A stretch of DNA of 64,000 nucleotides. Source: an uncultured virus (IMG/VR IMGVR_UViG_3300008952_000024). Its lineage: Duplodnaviria > Heunggongvirae > Uroviricota > Caudoviricetes. Below are positions 49,548 through 59,716 of this stretch, one piece after another. The notes under the pieces were generated by a model. It was not told where the DNA came from. It saw nothing but the letters and a program-made list of their open reading frames with translations, and did not search any database. Positions within the stretch are counted from its first letter, which is position 1. Each line of letters begins with the position of its first letter. Position numbers and translations under genes: made by a program. The DNA is taken from IMG/VR virus record IMGVR_UViG_3300008952_000024, one strand, 5' to 3'.

Positions 49548-49997
49548 ATGCAATTACTCAATCAAATTGAACCCACTTTACTAGGACTCTATACAAATGA
49601 GTCATTCAACTTAATCAAAACAGTTATCCCGCATTGGTCTTATGAGGAGAACAACAATCCAGATCAAACGGACAACCAAACCTATTTACTCTCACCAGAC
49701 TTCTTGACACCTATACCAATACGGTCATTGTTCGGATGGACAATTGAGTCATTCGACAATGCACTTATCGAAGTATGCAGGACCATTGTTGAAACACAAC
49801 ACGGTGATAACTGTCATTGGATAATACCTAATCCAGACTTCAATACATGGTATCCAGAAGAACTTAATGAACTACGCCAGCTCCTATCTGTTGGCGGCAC
49901 CGGGATAGTCATACCAGACTGGATGGATGCCTTTGTCCTTAATGGGATTTTGAATAGGATCGGGTGGAGGCTGCAACGGTTGTTTGAACTACCCTAG
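49548..49997 (+). CDS. Hypothetical protein, the only credible plus-strand gene
   Basis: 149 aa, not overlapping any minus-strand gene, protein-like composition. Confidence 0.55.
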   Translation: MQLLNQIEPTLLGLYTNESFNLIKTVIPHWSYEENNNPDQTDNQTYLLSPDFLTPIPIRSLFGWTIESFDNALIEVCRTIVETQHGDNCHWIIPNPDFNTWYPEELNELRQLLSVGGTGIVIPDWMDAFVLNGILNRIGWRLQRLFELP

Positions 49998-50158
49998 CAC
50001 CCCACCTATAGGGACTCATGGCTTGTAAGTCTTTGGCACTACAGGCAAAGCACACCTAGTCACCAGTCCTAGCTTATGGGCCGCTACAAACCCAGTGCAC
50101 CTATATATTAATACATAGGATTTGTTATGGGTTTTTGTATATGCCATACCCTATATTG

Positions 50159-50170
50159 AACTAGGGGGGT
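50159..50170. promoter_or_regulatory. Dispersed motif AACTAGGGGGGT, copy 4
   Basis: Just downstream of the stop at 50176; upstream context (ACCTATATA...ATTTGTTATGG...ATATTGAA) matches 31689-31745. Confidence 0.65.
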
Positions 50171-50175
50171 TAAAA

Positions 50176-50766
50176 TCACATATTGAGATACGGGTCTGCC
50201 GCCTGTTGTGCACTAGCAACATCTGTCGCTGCCAAGACATTCGTTATATATGTCTGCGCAAGTGAGCGCTCTGCTAAAACCGATGTCGAAATTGTCCCAA
50301 TAATATTTGTAAGGTCTGCACTATCTACAACATTATACGAACCACGCTCGTCATTCGTAGTAACGGAAAATGGATATGTTACCAAGCCCCGGCTATCCAT
50401 TGTTCCCAACTTTGACCAGTTGTCTTGGCTGGTTAATGAACAGGAAAAGAAATTGCCACTACCGGGCGGGTATTCAGCTACTATTTCGTATTTTAGCCTA
50501 TCATCGTCACGTTTCATTTTAATCTGTACCACCAAGCTATTTTGAACACCCACCAAGCTAGAGTGTGCCGCTACAATAGCATCACACTGCGCCTGTTCTT
50601 GCACTGTAGGTGTGCTATCAAATGCTAATGTAAAATCGGTTCCTGTTGTATTAATGCCATCAAACGGCGTAGTAATTGCTGGGTCTGATTCGATCTGTTC
50701 ATGCATTAATACTGGATCAAATGTCCCATCCAACGTATCCGATGTATTGTAATCTGGGAATGACAT
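50176..50766 (-). CDS. Putative tail-fibre assembly/accessory protein (DUF4376-like C-terminus)
   Basis: QIKMKRDDDRL...SLTSQDNW...VLAATDVASA; last gene of the structural-like module. Confidence 0.5.
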   Translation of the reverse strand: MSFPDYNTSDTLDGTFDPVLMHEQIESDPAITTPFDGINTTGTDFTLAFDSTPTVQEQAQCDAIVAAHSSLVGVQNSLVVQIKMKRDDDRLKYEIVAEYPPGSGNFFSCSLTSQDNWSKLGTMDSRGLVTYPFSVTTNDERGSYNVVDSADLTNIIGTISTSVLAERSLAQTYITNVLAATDVASAQQAADPYLNM

Positions 50767-50767
50767 T

Positions 50768-51631
50768 TCAACTCACTCTATAAATTGCAATCGTTGACAG
50801 ATGTATGGACGCCAGAATGCCACCTGACGACGAGGCCACATCAATGTCAATAACATGCACTCCTGCCGTTAGTGTCTTATCTGCCCAAAAAGCAGCTACA
50901 TGTCGCTGGTCTGTTCCACCATCTCCACTGCCATCGCGATCCTTCGGCTCTTGTTGTTGGTAATCGTATGCCCCCGCTCCACCGTTGGTTTGCTCATACA
51001 ATTCAGTTGTATTATCTAGCTGTACTCGGCACTTAAAATTAGTATTTGTGGCATTATATGACCACACATAATTCCATTCAATCCTGTACGTTCCGGCATC
51101 AAGGCTGCTCGTTGTAAGTCTTTGTACTTGCGAAAATGATGTACCAGTTGTTGATCTAAAGGTTCTATCCACCACCGATTGGTAACTGTCACCAAATACA
51201 CCACCGCCAGAGCTTGGAAGATTGCCAATTCGGATTTTCTTTTTATTTGATAAATCCGCAGAATCTTCAATCATCAATATGTCTGCGGAAACAGGAGTCG
51301 TCTTTTCCGTGATTGATCGAATTTCACCGGCCACATCTACATGTATAGCATCCTCAAGTTGTGAGCTTTCTTCTGGTGAAGGCAAGTTTGCCCACGCAAA
51401 ATCTGCATCGGCAATATTAACTGTCCCTGACTGTGAACTAGTTAGGGTAACAACCAACTTGTTTCTTGGGTCTACAGAATCAATAGTAATACTGTCGATT
51501 AAATCATTACGGACTTCTCCACCTATAGTTACAAGGACTGCGACTTGAACACGGTCGGTGTTATGCGTAACGGTTACACTCGAGACAGAGGTAAAGTCTT
51601 GCTGATATAGGTTTGTCCATACACCAGCCAT
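50768..51631 (-). CDS. Fibre/virion structural protein
   Basis: Ser/Thr/Gly-rich; EKTTPVSADILMIEDSAD...KKK repeat-like motif; beta-sandwich-like C-terminus. Confidence 0.55.
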   Translation of the reverse strand: MAGVWTNLYQQDFTSVSSVTVTHNTDRVQVAVLVTIGGEVRNDLIDSITIDSVDPRNKLVVTLTSSQSGTVNIADADFAWANLPSPEESSQLEDAIHVDVAGEIRSITEKTTPVSADILMIEDSADLSNKKKIRIGNLPSSGGGVFGDSYQSVVDRTFRSTTGTSFSQVQRLTTSSLDAGTYRIEWNYVWSYNATNTNFKCRVQLDNTTELYEQTNGGAGAYDYQQQEPKDRDGSGDGGTDQRHVAAFWADKTLTAGVHVIDIDVASSSGGILASIHLSTIAIYRVS

Positions 51632-54000
51632 TAGAGCACCTTCCCGTCTGCAAACATGACTCCCTCAATAATAAGCCCCCAAACTACTATGTTCTGATTC
51701 GGAGTACCATCGTCATCAAGTTCAAACCTGACTGCTATCATATCCCCTTCGTAGTAAGAACTGACATCAATCAAACTACGATATGGTTCTGAATATATTT
51801 TGCCGCTGTAATCAAGTGGGACAGATCCCCCATTGGGCAATAAATTCGCTGGTCCTGATGACGATCCAGCCTTCGCCGTTAGCGTCTCTGTCAATGCCGC
51901 TGTTCTCGTAACTGGGGCTATACCCCCACCTGAATCAGCTATTAAGTTGCCAGCAACTTCTATCGGAATAGCCGAAATCGTTGCTTGCGGAGCCGTAGTC
52001 ACTGGTTGTACGCTTGCCGTATCTACGCCCCAAATCACTGTTATATCAAACGGAAATGCGGTACATACTCCATTGGGTAACGTGAACTGGAAATAGATGG
52101 CATCCCCATTCGAGTTCAGATTGCTATTAACTAAAATCTGATCCCATCCTGTTGGAAGCCCTCCAGACCCTACCGGAAGTGATCCAGCGGTTACACCTCC
52201 ACTTTCACCGAATACGTTTCCAGCAGCTACCAGCGTTTGTCTCCATCGGGACAAGCCCACCGCACCCCTTTGGCCAATCCCATTTATCTGCAAAGTAGAC
52301 GGAACAAGCCAACACGTCTCAAAGACAGGCAAAGTAGAAACTAATGTAACTATCTCAATCGCTACCCAGTATGCCGTAGTCCCATCAACTGACGTGGTTG
52401 ACCAACTAGTATCAGTATCCATACCATAATGGAGCAATTCAGTGCTAGATCCACGAATAAACACTTGGTCTGCATAACGATAGCTTGCTGTTTCGGATAC
52501 GGACTGCACTTGAAATTCAGACCAAGCTGCCCCATCCCAGCGCAAGAATCGATAGCTTCCCCCAGATCCTGCGGTTGTTTGAATGATGCGAGCGGCCCAA
52601 TGCTTTAGTGAGGCACTGGAGGCATCCTTTCTTTCCGTTCCAAGATAGATTCGGTGACCCGCAGCAGTTCCTTGAAAGGTAAAAGGAGTTCCACCGAGGC
52701 TTTTCGCCGCTGCCGATACGTCAGTCAAAGTTCCTGTACCGGTAGAGTCGGAAGTAACTACTTTAATCCCAAACGAATAGGGCGGCCCTTCTCCCTGATA
52801 TGTTTTCGTGCCCTTTTCAGCGAAACCAAAAGCAGCATCGACTCCAAAGGTTCTATTCTGTGAATATCTGTCGGTTCCACCTTCTTGGAAAAAGGCTAGT
52901 CCAAAGTCACTACTGACTATGGCGGGTGGAAAAGAGTAAACAGGCTCATGATTCGCTGTGATTCGGACTACTGTTCCTGTACCCGTTAGTGCCGGATCAA
53001 CCAATACAGCGTAACCAGATATAGACTGGTCCATTTTTCCACCCAGAACTCGGAGACTTATACCGTCCGACGCTATATGGATGCTATTCACGTTATTAAA
53101 CGTGTTGATTCCGAATATCAGAATTTGGCTAGTTCCATCGCAATAGATAGCATCAGTGACGAGTGGGTTACCGCAATTAAAATCCGCTAGCTGGAAACGT
53201 CCCGTACCCTCACCAAGAGCAACTATATCCGTTGTTCCTGTTCCCGGTGGGACATGTATTGATTCAAGCGCAATAACGCCTGAATCAACTCTCATAACTG
53301 AATTAAGCCCACCTTGATCAGAACGAATTTCGGCTCCGATAATTTTACCTGCGCCTGTTTTATAAATACCATCGCCCTGTCCAGTTAAAGCGTCCCCAAA
53401 TATGTTGCAGTTGTAAATGCTCGCCGTTGCCGTACCTCCCGACCCATTGTATGAAATACCCCGCAAACCAGCGGTGTCTGGAACCAATATCGTAAACCCA
53501 TCAATAGAGGATTGGTTACTCAACGCTATAATGTCAGCTACCGCTGCATGAGCACCAATAGCAGTAACCTTCCACCCGCCCACACTTACAAGGGTCACAT
53601 CAGTCGGGATTGTTAAACCACTTTCTGCATACGTTCCCGGTCGGACTTGGATGGAGTCACCTGCGGAAGATGCCGCTATAGCCGCCGCGACAGTTAGAAA
53701 CGGCTTATCAAACCTATCCGCTACACCCGTCCCATCATTGCCATTGACTGCATCTACATAAACGGCGTTGCCTACGCTAACGCTCGTCATGCCCGCTGCT
53801 CCCAACTCGGCCCAAACAGGACCAGTATCATTGGTCAACACATAGAATGTATATGGTGCAGCCGCCCCTACTCTCGCAACCCCTCCTACATCGGAGGCTG
53901 TGTACGCAACCGCGTCACGGGCAACTGTAGAGGCATACTCCCACTTCGGCAATATATGTAAGCCGTCTGCGGTTCCTTGTTCCCCATGTAAAGCACTCAT
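51631..54000 (-). CDS. Tailspike/fibre protein with parallel beta-helix (pectin-lyase-like) region
   Basis: VYVDAVNGNDGTG...KPFLTVAAAIAASSAGDSIQVRPGTYAE; Gly/Thr-rich, 789 aa. Confidence 0.7.
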   Translation of the reverse strand: MSALHGEQGTADGLHILPKWEYASTVARDAVAYTASDVGGVARVGAAAPYTFYVLTNDTGPVWAELGAAGMTSVSVGNAVYVDAVNGNDGTGVADRFDKPFLTVAAAIAASSAGDSIQVRPGTYAESGLTIPTDVTLVSVGGWKVTAIGAHAAVADIIALSNQSSIDGFTILVPDTAGLRGISYNGSGGTATASIYNCNIFGDALTGQGDGIYKTGAGKIIGAEIRSDQGGLNSVMRVDSGVIALESIHVPPGTGTTDIVALGEGTGRFQLADFNCGNPLVTDAIYCDGTSQILIFGINTFNNVNSIHIASDGISLRVLGGKMDQSISGYAVLVDPALTGTGTVVRITANHEPVYSFPPAIVSSDFGLAFFQEGGTDRYSQNRTFGVDAAFGFAEKGTKTYQGEGPPYSFGIKVVTSDSTGTGTLTDVSAAAKSLGGTPFTFQGTAAGHRIYLGTERKDASSASLKHWAARIIQTTAGSGGSYRFLRWDGAAWSEFQVQSVSETASYRYADQVFIRGSSTELLHYGMDTDTSWSTTSVDGTTAYWVAIEIVTLVSTLPVFETCWLVPSTLQINGIGQRGAVGLSRWRQTLVAAGNVFGESGGVTAGSLPVGSGGLPTGWDQILVNSNLNSNGDAIYFQFTLPNGVCTAFPFDITVIWGVDTASVQPVTTAPQATISAIPIEVAGNLIADSGGGIAPVTRTAALTETLTAKAGSSSGPANLLPNGGSVPLDYSGKIYSEPYRSLIDVSSYYEGDMIAVRFELDDDGTPNQNIVVWGLIIEGVMFADGKVL

Positions 54001-54332
54001 GGTCCTGTCACCAATAGTATGCCATTACCATTAACAAGCCAACCAGCACTTGCTGTTAATGGCTGCTCTGCCGTAAATGTTGATCCATTTGTTGAAAATA
54101 GAACTTGGCCAATTGACGTAGCCGGGACTCCTCCTCCAGAGTAGTTTGTATCACCATAATTCTTGGTAACAAAGTCTTGGAGTGCTACGGGATCTGCCCC
54201 TTGAGCTTGTGTAAGGGTTGATGCATTATCCTCCACAAGCAACTTGCCAGTATTATGGCGCAGAACTACTCCAGAAGGGCCACCAAGCCCCAGAGTGCCC
54301 ATAACACCTGATAAGCTACTGAAAAATCCCAT
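53997..54332 (-). CDS. Small structural protein, paralogous to the N-terminus of 54340..55158
   Basis: MGFF...GGPSG...ADPVALQDFVTKNYGD. Confidence 0.6.
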   Translation of the reverse strand: MGFFSSLSGVMGTLGLGGPSGVVLRHNTGKLLVEDNASTLTQAQGADPVALQDFVTKNYGDTNYSGGGVPATSIGQVLFSTNGSTFTAEQPLTASAGWLVNGNGILLVTGP

Positions 54333-54339
54333 TTAACAC

Positions 54340-55158
54340 CTACGCGTTAGGCACACTATAAAATACCGTCGCTACTCCTGCACCTGATGTGGCAGAAATA
54401 GTTGCCCTTACAGCAGCCGCACTTACACCCCAGCTCGTATCCTGCTCTTTAACGTAAGTATTCCCAAATTGAGCAACATTATCGGTGGTCGCCTGAACCA
54501 GATCTGTTGTTCCCCCGGCAACACCTAATTCTATTGTCGCACCAGCATTATACGGCGTAGTAATATCTACCCATGCTTGTGTTACTCTGGCATTTGCTGG
54601 AACACTAGAACTACTATCCACTGTCGCTGTACCAATAGTGAATCTAATAATTCTATCCGCACCAGTGACCGACCCAACATCACCAACCTTAATCCAAGAC
54701 GTACCATCATCGTCCCAAATATAAATACTATCGGCATCGAACTCTACCGTTCCGCCAGTCAACGCATCGGTGACAGCGATAGTGCGTCCCTCGACCGCAG
54801 CCAGGATTGACATTGTACCAGAACCACTACCGTCATCGTAAAGCACATCCCCAATGGCTGCACCTGTACCCGGTGTAGTTACAACAACAAATCCCCGAAC
54901 TCCAGTATTGGCTGGTAGCGATGCGGAAGTATCTGCTTGTCTAGCAACAATAAGAGGCTTTTCAAGTGTATCCGCATATAGTTTGGTAACTGCATCATCA
55001 TCTGCCGTTGGTGTTGCAACCTGAAACCTAACAAACGCAGTATCATCACTATTTCTAGATTGAAATACTCCCGCATTATTCTTGACTCTTGGACCAGATG
55101 GACCACCTATTTGGAAGTAGTCGCTCATCGTACCAACTAAATTCTTGAAAAATCCCAC
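54340..55158 (-). CDS. Structural fibre/spike-base-like protein
   Basis: MGFF...GGPSG...ATPTADDDAVTKLYAD; C-terminal VPANARVTQAWVDITTPYNAGATIELG. Confidence 0.6.
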   Translation of the reverse strand: MGFFKNLVGTMSDYFQIGGPSGPRVKNNAGVFQSRNSDDTAFVRFQVATPTADDDAVTKLYADTLEKPLIVARQADTSASLPANTGVRGFVVVTTPGTGAAIGDVLYDDGSGSGTMSILAAVEGRTIAVTDALTGGTVEFDADSIYIWDDDGTSWIKVGDVGSVTGADRIIRFTIGTATVDSSSSVPANARVTQAWVDITTPYNAGATIELGVAGGTTDLVQATTDNVAQFGNTYVKEQDTSWGVSAAAVRATISATSGAGVATVFYSVPNA

Positions 55159-55177
55159 AACTGACTCCTAAATATTT

Positions 55178-55702
55178 CTAGCGTTTGATCACCAAAAGAA
55201 CGTACCCCGTTCCCATAATGGACGAACCGGGAGAAAGATACAAGTTCAATGTTTCTGGTGTGGTAGCAATATAATTCTCATCTGTACCATATGTATACGC
55301 AGCGGTCGCGTCAATATCCGATGTAGACATAACTCCATTTTGCGAAGCTGGTGTACCTACAGAAATTTGTGCAACTGGATCATCGAACGCAACATCAATT
55401 GCAACTTCACAGTTCATTACAATATCGCCGGTATTCAGGCTCCCCAACACTTGTGGAGAAGATGAGGCAAATGTAAACGGCAAATAAATTACTGTTGTAT
55501 CACTGCTTCCACCTGTTGATACGGTAGTACCAACCTCAATAACGGTGTATACATTTTCCTGAACAATTGCGGTTGTAACAGTCTCAACTAATGCTGTCGT
55601 AGTGTCTGTGGACTCAACAATTACGTTTCTTGTTGTCCCACTAATCGTTACATCAGTAGCCGGATCGGATACTGTAACAACCCTATAGCAATTATCAGAC
55701 AT
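55178..55702 (-). CDS. Structural protein with jelly-roll-like C-terminus
   Basis: Thr/Val-rich N-terminus; GDIVMNCEVAIDVAFDDPVAQISVGT. Confidence 0.55.
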   Translation of the reverse strand: MSDNCYRVVTVSDPATDVTISGTTRNVIVESTDTTTALVETVTTAIVQENVYTVIEVGTTVSTGGSSDTTVIYLPFTFASSSPQVLGSLNTGDIVMNCEVAIDVAFDDPVAQISVGTPASQNGVMSTSDIDATAAYTYGTDENYIATTPETLNLYLSPGSSIMGTGYVLLVIKR

Positions 55703-55703
55703 G

Positions 55704-56048
55704 CTACTGGGTTACCTGCGGGTCAACGACAAATTCACCCTCAAGTATCCGATCAACTGTACCTGATAGGAAGGTAACTTTAAGGTCATATACGCCATTC
55801 AACGTTAAACTTGCAGTATCCGACGCACTAATAGTTAAAGTTAGTTTACCATTTGGCCCATCTACGACAATTCGTCCATTGGTTGTAGACAGTTCAACCA
55901 ATACATCTGCCGCATTGACTGTTTCACGCACCTGCATGTCTGCTGTGGCCCCAGTAATATCAATTACTGCGCCAGCAGAGTCTTTTAGCACCAAAATACG
56001 GGAAAAGGTGGCACCCTGCTCACATTCTAGGTTCAGACGCGCCGCCAT
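55704..56048 (-). CDS. BppU/LtfC-like small adaptor protein
   Basis: EQGATFSRIL...DITGATADMQVR...GKLTLTISASDTA...YDL...RILEGEFVVDPQVT. Confidence 0.7.
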   Translation of the reverse strand: MAARLNLECEQGATFSRILVLKDSAGAVIDITGATADMQVRETVNAADVLVELSTTNGRIVVDGPNGKLTLTISASDTASLTLNGVYDLKVTFLSGTVDRILEGEFVVDPQVTQ

Positions 56049-56086
56049 TTAAGCCCTCCGCTAAACTAACATACCATAGGAAGGGG

Positions 56087-56215
56087 CTAGAAACACCCCG
56101 CCTTTGACAATAACAAAATAAACCCACCAAGACTTAACAATGATATGCCAAGTGAAACTGACATGGCAATTAATAATCTGGATGACTCTTCTATAGTTGG
56201 TTTTTTATTTTCCAT
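56087..56215 (-). CDS. Small TM protein
   Basis: MENKKPTIEESS plus hydrophobic C-terminus; start overlaps the queD stop. Confidence 0.45.
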   Translation of the reverse strand: MENKKPTIEESSRLLIAMSVSLGISLLSLGGFILLLSKAGCF

Positions 56216-56649
56216 CAATCTTCCCTCATTGAAAAATCTGCCCAACAATTGGGGGTTTCGTACACCCGTATTGCTGCTGTTTTTACACCATATGGCGTTA
56301 ATAACTCGTTGCTTTTCATGTACAGATACTCTGCCATGTTCTCCGCTGTCGGGTTGCTCGGTAATATATACAATTTCCAATTCTGTTCGTTGCATAGATT
56401 AATAATCTCCCCATCGTTAGTATTGACAATTGTTCCGTGATCCCACTTTTCATCAAGCCACTTGCCAAACACGGCTTTGATCACACCAAAATCGATTACC
56501 CGTCCAAGCTCATCTAGTCCCATAGAACACGCGGTCACCTCAACCACATACCTGTGACCATGTAGGTTTCTACACTTACTCTCATGTAGCATGACCCTGT
56601 GTGCGGCATCAAACTCAAGTTTCCTCGTACAATACCGCAGTCCACTCAT
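56215..56649 (-). CDS. queD: 6-carboxytetrahydropterin synthase
   Basis: FDAAHR, KCRNLHGHRY, VIDFG, WDH, NPTAENMA, VYETP. Confidence 0.93.
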   Translation of the reverse strand: MSGLRYCTRKLEFDAAHRVMLHESKCRNLHGHRYVVEVTACSMGLDELGRVIDFGVIKAVFGKWLDEKWDHGTIVNTNDGEIINLCNEQNWKLYILPSNPTAENMAEYLYMKSNELLTPYGVKTAAIRVYETPNCWADFSMRED

Positions 56650-57338
56650 CGTGCTTTTCTCCAGTCTTTAAGCATTGCGTCAATAACCACACCAACATCC
56701 GTGGTATCTAAAAACTTTGAATAAGCTTCAAATATCTGCAACCACCGCCCATAAACATCCATAGTTACCTTCCCCCGAAGGTTGCCTACCGTAAACATAG
56801 CAAATCTATGGTCCACATAAGTCTGTTCTGGCCGCTTGTGGGATCTGGTACTACCATCACCCTCTTCTTTGTTGCTGGATTCTTCTGGTGTCGTTTCTAC
56901 TGCATCAGCCAACGCACGCAAATCTGATAATGTAGCAGCATCAAAACCAGTAAGGTTCAGATCGTCAAACTCTGGGTCCACTAAATTATCAAGCTCCTCA
57001 ATATAATTTGGAAGCATTGACCAATCCCAGTCACCATCGCTCTGGTTGTCTCGTATGGCCACCATTCGGGCTTCTTGCTCTGTCCCTTCAAAGTACACCA
57101 CCGGGATGGTGTCTGGCACCTTTTCGCCCCTACCAAGCATCTCCTTTATCACATCAAGGCGCTGATTTCCCCCAATGACCACCGCCTCCTTGTCTGGGTT
57201 TTGCCAAACAAGGAGCGGCTTAAACAGACCAAATGCACGCAGGGATTCACGAAGTCTTCTACGCCCCTTTCCGTCAATGGTTCGCGGGTTATCCGCTAAT
57301 GGTCGTAATTTTTCTACACTTACATAATTAATCTGCAT
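56646..57338 (-). CDS. ParB/Srx N-terminal domain protein, paralogue 2
   Basis: DNPRTI...SLRAFGLFKPLLV...VIGGNQRL...IRDN...GDWDW. Confidence 0.85.
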   Translation of the reverse strand: MQINYVSVEKLRPLADNPRTIDGKGRRRLRESLRAFGLFKPLLVWQNPDKEAVVIGGNQRLDVIKEMLGRGEKVPDTIPVVYFEGTEQEARMVAIRDNQSDGDWDWSMLPNYIEELDNLVDPEFDDLNLTGFDAATLSDLRALADAVETTPEESSNKEEGDGSTRSHKRPEQTYVDHRFAMFTVGNLRGKVTMDVYGRWLQIFEAYSKFLDTTDVGVVIDAMLKDWRKAR

Positions 57339-58080
57339 TGATCTTCCCCACTCGTCCATTGATTTCAAGGTCATCCAACATCGCCGCAAAGATTACAGGA
57401 ATATCCGTTGATCCAAGCCTATCGGAGTACTTTTCAAAAATCTCTAGCCATTCTCCGTAGTGGTCTACCGTTATCCTCCCCCTCACATTTCCAATAACAA
57501 ACCGTGCAAACCGCTTCCTAACCTTGTCTTTTGCTGCCGCCTCTGGGCTTATGCCGGGATCTTGTTCATCCTCCATAAATGGATCTTCATTATCCTCAAC
57601 ACTTGAGTACCTATCAAGATCTGCATCTGATGATTCCGCCAGCTCTATCAAATCTTCCAGATCTTCTTTCCCAAATCCCATTAATTCTGGGTCTAGCTGA
57701 TTATCTTCTGCCATATTTGTCAACGACGACACATATGTCGGCAATTTCTGCCAATCCCAATCACCATCAGACTTATTGTCTCTCAAGGCGATAATTCTGG
57801 CTGCTTTTTCTGATCCCTTAAACTGTATTGTCGGTATTTCTGCTGGAAACTGGTCACCCGCATCTTTCATTGTTCGTAAAGCACGGAGCCTCTGATTACC
57901 TCCAATTACAACTAGGCGACCACCCGAATTTTCCCATACCAACAATGGCTTAAATAATCCAAATTGTTTAATTGAACTAATTAACTTATTAATTCCACTT
58001 TCATCAATAGAGCGAGGATTATCTTCAAAACCCGATAATAATGAAATATTCCTGTACTCTATTTCAAGCTCTTGCTCCAC
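57328..58080 (-). CDS. ParB/Srx N-terminal domain protein, paralogue 1
   Basis: DNPRSI...SIKQFGLFKPLLV...VIGGNQRL...LRDN...GDWDW. Confidence 0.85.
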   Translation of the reverse strand: MEQELEIEYRNISLLSGFEDNPRSIDESGINKLISSIKQFGLFKPLLVWENSGGRLVVIGGNQRLRALRTMKDAGDQFPAEIPTIQFKGSEKAARIIALRDNKSDGDWDWQKLPTYVSSLTNMAEDNQLDPELMGFGKEDLEDLIELAESSDADLDRYSSVEDNEDPFMEDEQDPGISPEAAAKDKVRKRFARFVIGNVRGRITVDHYGEWLEIFEKYSDRLGSTDIPVIFAAMLDDLEINGRVGKINAD

Positions 58081-58996
58081 CAGACACCTCTGCACACTGT
58101 TTGTTGATTAACGTCATTGCATACTCACAGTTGTCTCTCACAACCTCTGCCAAATATACAGTTATCTGATTTTCCGCCTTATCTACACGGACCACATTCT
58201 CATGTCGTTGGGCAGCAAGCCACGACCAAATTGAGATTTGCAACATATCCGCTCGCTGGTCGGCACTATCTCTAATAAATGCTGTCGGACGCACGCCATA
58301 TGGTCTAATTGTATACCCATACTTCATAATTCTGGGATCTCTCGCTCTAACGAGCCTCCATCTGGAATATTTCAAATCCCAGAACATTAAAGCTCCCCAC
58401 ATATATCCAGCCGCCCATGATGCTGAATCAATAGATGCCCACGGATACGCAGAAACAATATCCCAAGTCGTACATCCAAACCCATGTAGTCGGATTCCCA
58501 ACTCTTTAGCAATTGTATGGCACTCATCTAGCCAATCTAGTGCCTCACAACTCCTGCCAGCCCTTATAGCGGGAACCATCTTCATTGTTTGAGGAACCAA
58601 TCCGCCAAGGCACATATAATCATAACCATGCTTATGATACCTGACTAACTCTTCCGGCTTCGTGCCAAAATGAATAACTGGAAGTGGGCGTAACCCCATT
58701 GACTCCATCTTCAATTGGTTACGAAGGGTCAGTGCTTGATTGCCAATTTCATCAATATTAGCGTATATATCAATAACATTTGAATGTTTGCGTATAAATC
58801 TAGCATACTGTTCAACAGAGATTTCTACGTTCTTATATGAAGCTGTAAAGCCCCCTGAATCGACAAAGACACGGGGGTTATATGGCATCTCTGCCAACAT
58901 TCTACTTAAATCCGTTTTCATAAAATGAAAATAACTAAAGAGAAAACCTATTTCTTTCTCTTTAGCTGGACCTAACCATTTAGAGTATTCATCCAT
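58064..58996 (-). CDS. dpdA: DpdA, 7-deazaguanine DNA transglycosylase (TGT fold)
   Basis: LFSY, VFVDSGGFT, YANIDEIG, PLPVIHFG, MCLGGLV, LHGFG, YPWASIDSASW; adjacent to queC; start ATG 58996. Confidence 0.85.
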   Translation of the reverse strand: MDEYSKWLGPAKEKEIGFLFSYFHFMKTDLSRMLAEMPYNPRVFVDSGGFTASYKNVEISVEQYARFIRKHSNVIDIYANIDEIGNQALTLRNQLKMESMGLRPLPVIHFGTKPEELVRYHKHGYDYMCLGGLVPQTMKMVPAIRAGRSCEALDWLDECHTIAKELGIRLHGFGCTTWDIVSAYPWASIDSASWAAGYMWGALMFWDLKYSRWRLVRARDPRIMKYGYTIRPYGVRPTAFIRDSADQRADMLQISIWSWLAAQRHENVVRVDKAENQITVYLAEVVRDNCEYAMTLINKQCAEVSGGARA

Positions 58997-59705
58997 GTGC
59001 AGAACATCCAGAACCCAATCTAGCCAGTAATGGATCTTCCACTCCCGCATCAGCAAATCCCTTTGCTCGTAAGATACAAGCATGACACTTGCCACATGGT
59101 GGGACCATGCCCTTGTAGCAGGTATGCGAATGACTCATCGCTTCCATGCACCCATCTAGACCAACCGCCAGCTCCACTGTCTCACGTTTTGTTAAATGCA
59201 TCAATGGCGTATGGATTCTAACTGGCATATCTGATTCAACACCCCAAATTCCCGCCTGTAAAGCCTCTTCCATCCTTGCAATGAAGTCGGCACGACAATC
59301 TGGGTATCCACCATAGTCCTCTTCGCACACACCAGTAACCAAATTTGTATATCCCTTCACTACAGCCCTATTCGCGGCCACAGTTAGAAACAATATATTC
59401 CTGCAAGGGACAAATGTAGGCTCAATTCCACCGGGAAGCTGCTCCACATTTTCATACTGACCCACTTCATGTTCTGGATTAACTAACGGGCTAGTTCCAT
59501 GTAGCAATCTAGATAATTCTAATACCTCATGCTCTATCCCAGCATCAGCAGCTATCTTTGCTGCTGCATCAATCTCGACCACATGCCTTTGGCCATACAC
59601 AATCGTTAATGCCGATACGTTCTTCCATCTCTTCTGTGCCCAGTACAAACAGGTCGTGCTATCTTGACCACCGCTCAACAATACCAATGCGCCATCCGGT
59701 TGCAT
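58989..59705 (-). CDS. queC: 7-cyano-7-deazaguanine synthase
   Basis: LLSGGQDSTTC, YGQRH, TFVPCRN, GYPDCR, TCY...PCGKCHAC; no Gat domain. Confidence 0.95.
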   Translation of the reverse strand: MQPDGALVLLSGGQDSTTCLYWAQKRWKNVSALTIVYGQRHVVEIDAAAKIAADAGIEHEVLELSRLLHGTSPLVNPEHEVGQYENVEQLPGGIEPTFVPCRNILFLTVAANRAVVKGYTNLVTGVCEEDYGGYPDCRADFIARMEEALQAGIWGVESDMPVRIHTPLMHLTKRETVELAVGLDGCMEAMSHSHTCYKGMVPPCGKCHACILRAKGFADAGVEDPLLARLGSGCSAHG

Positions 59706-59716
59706 ATGCTCTCCTC

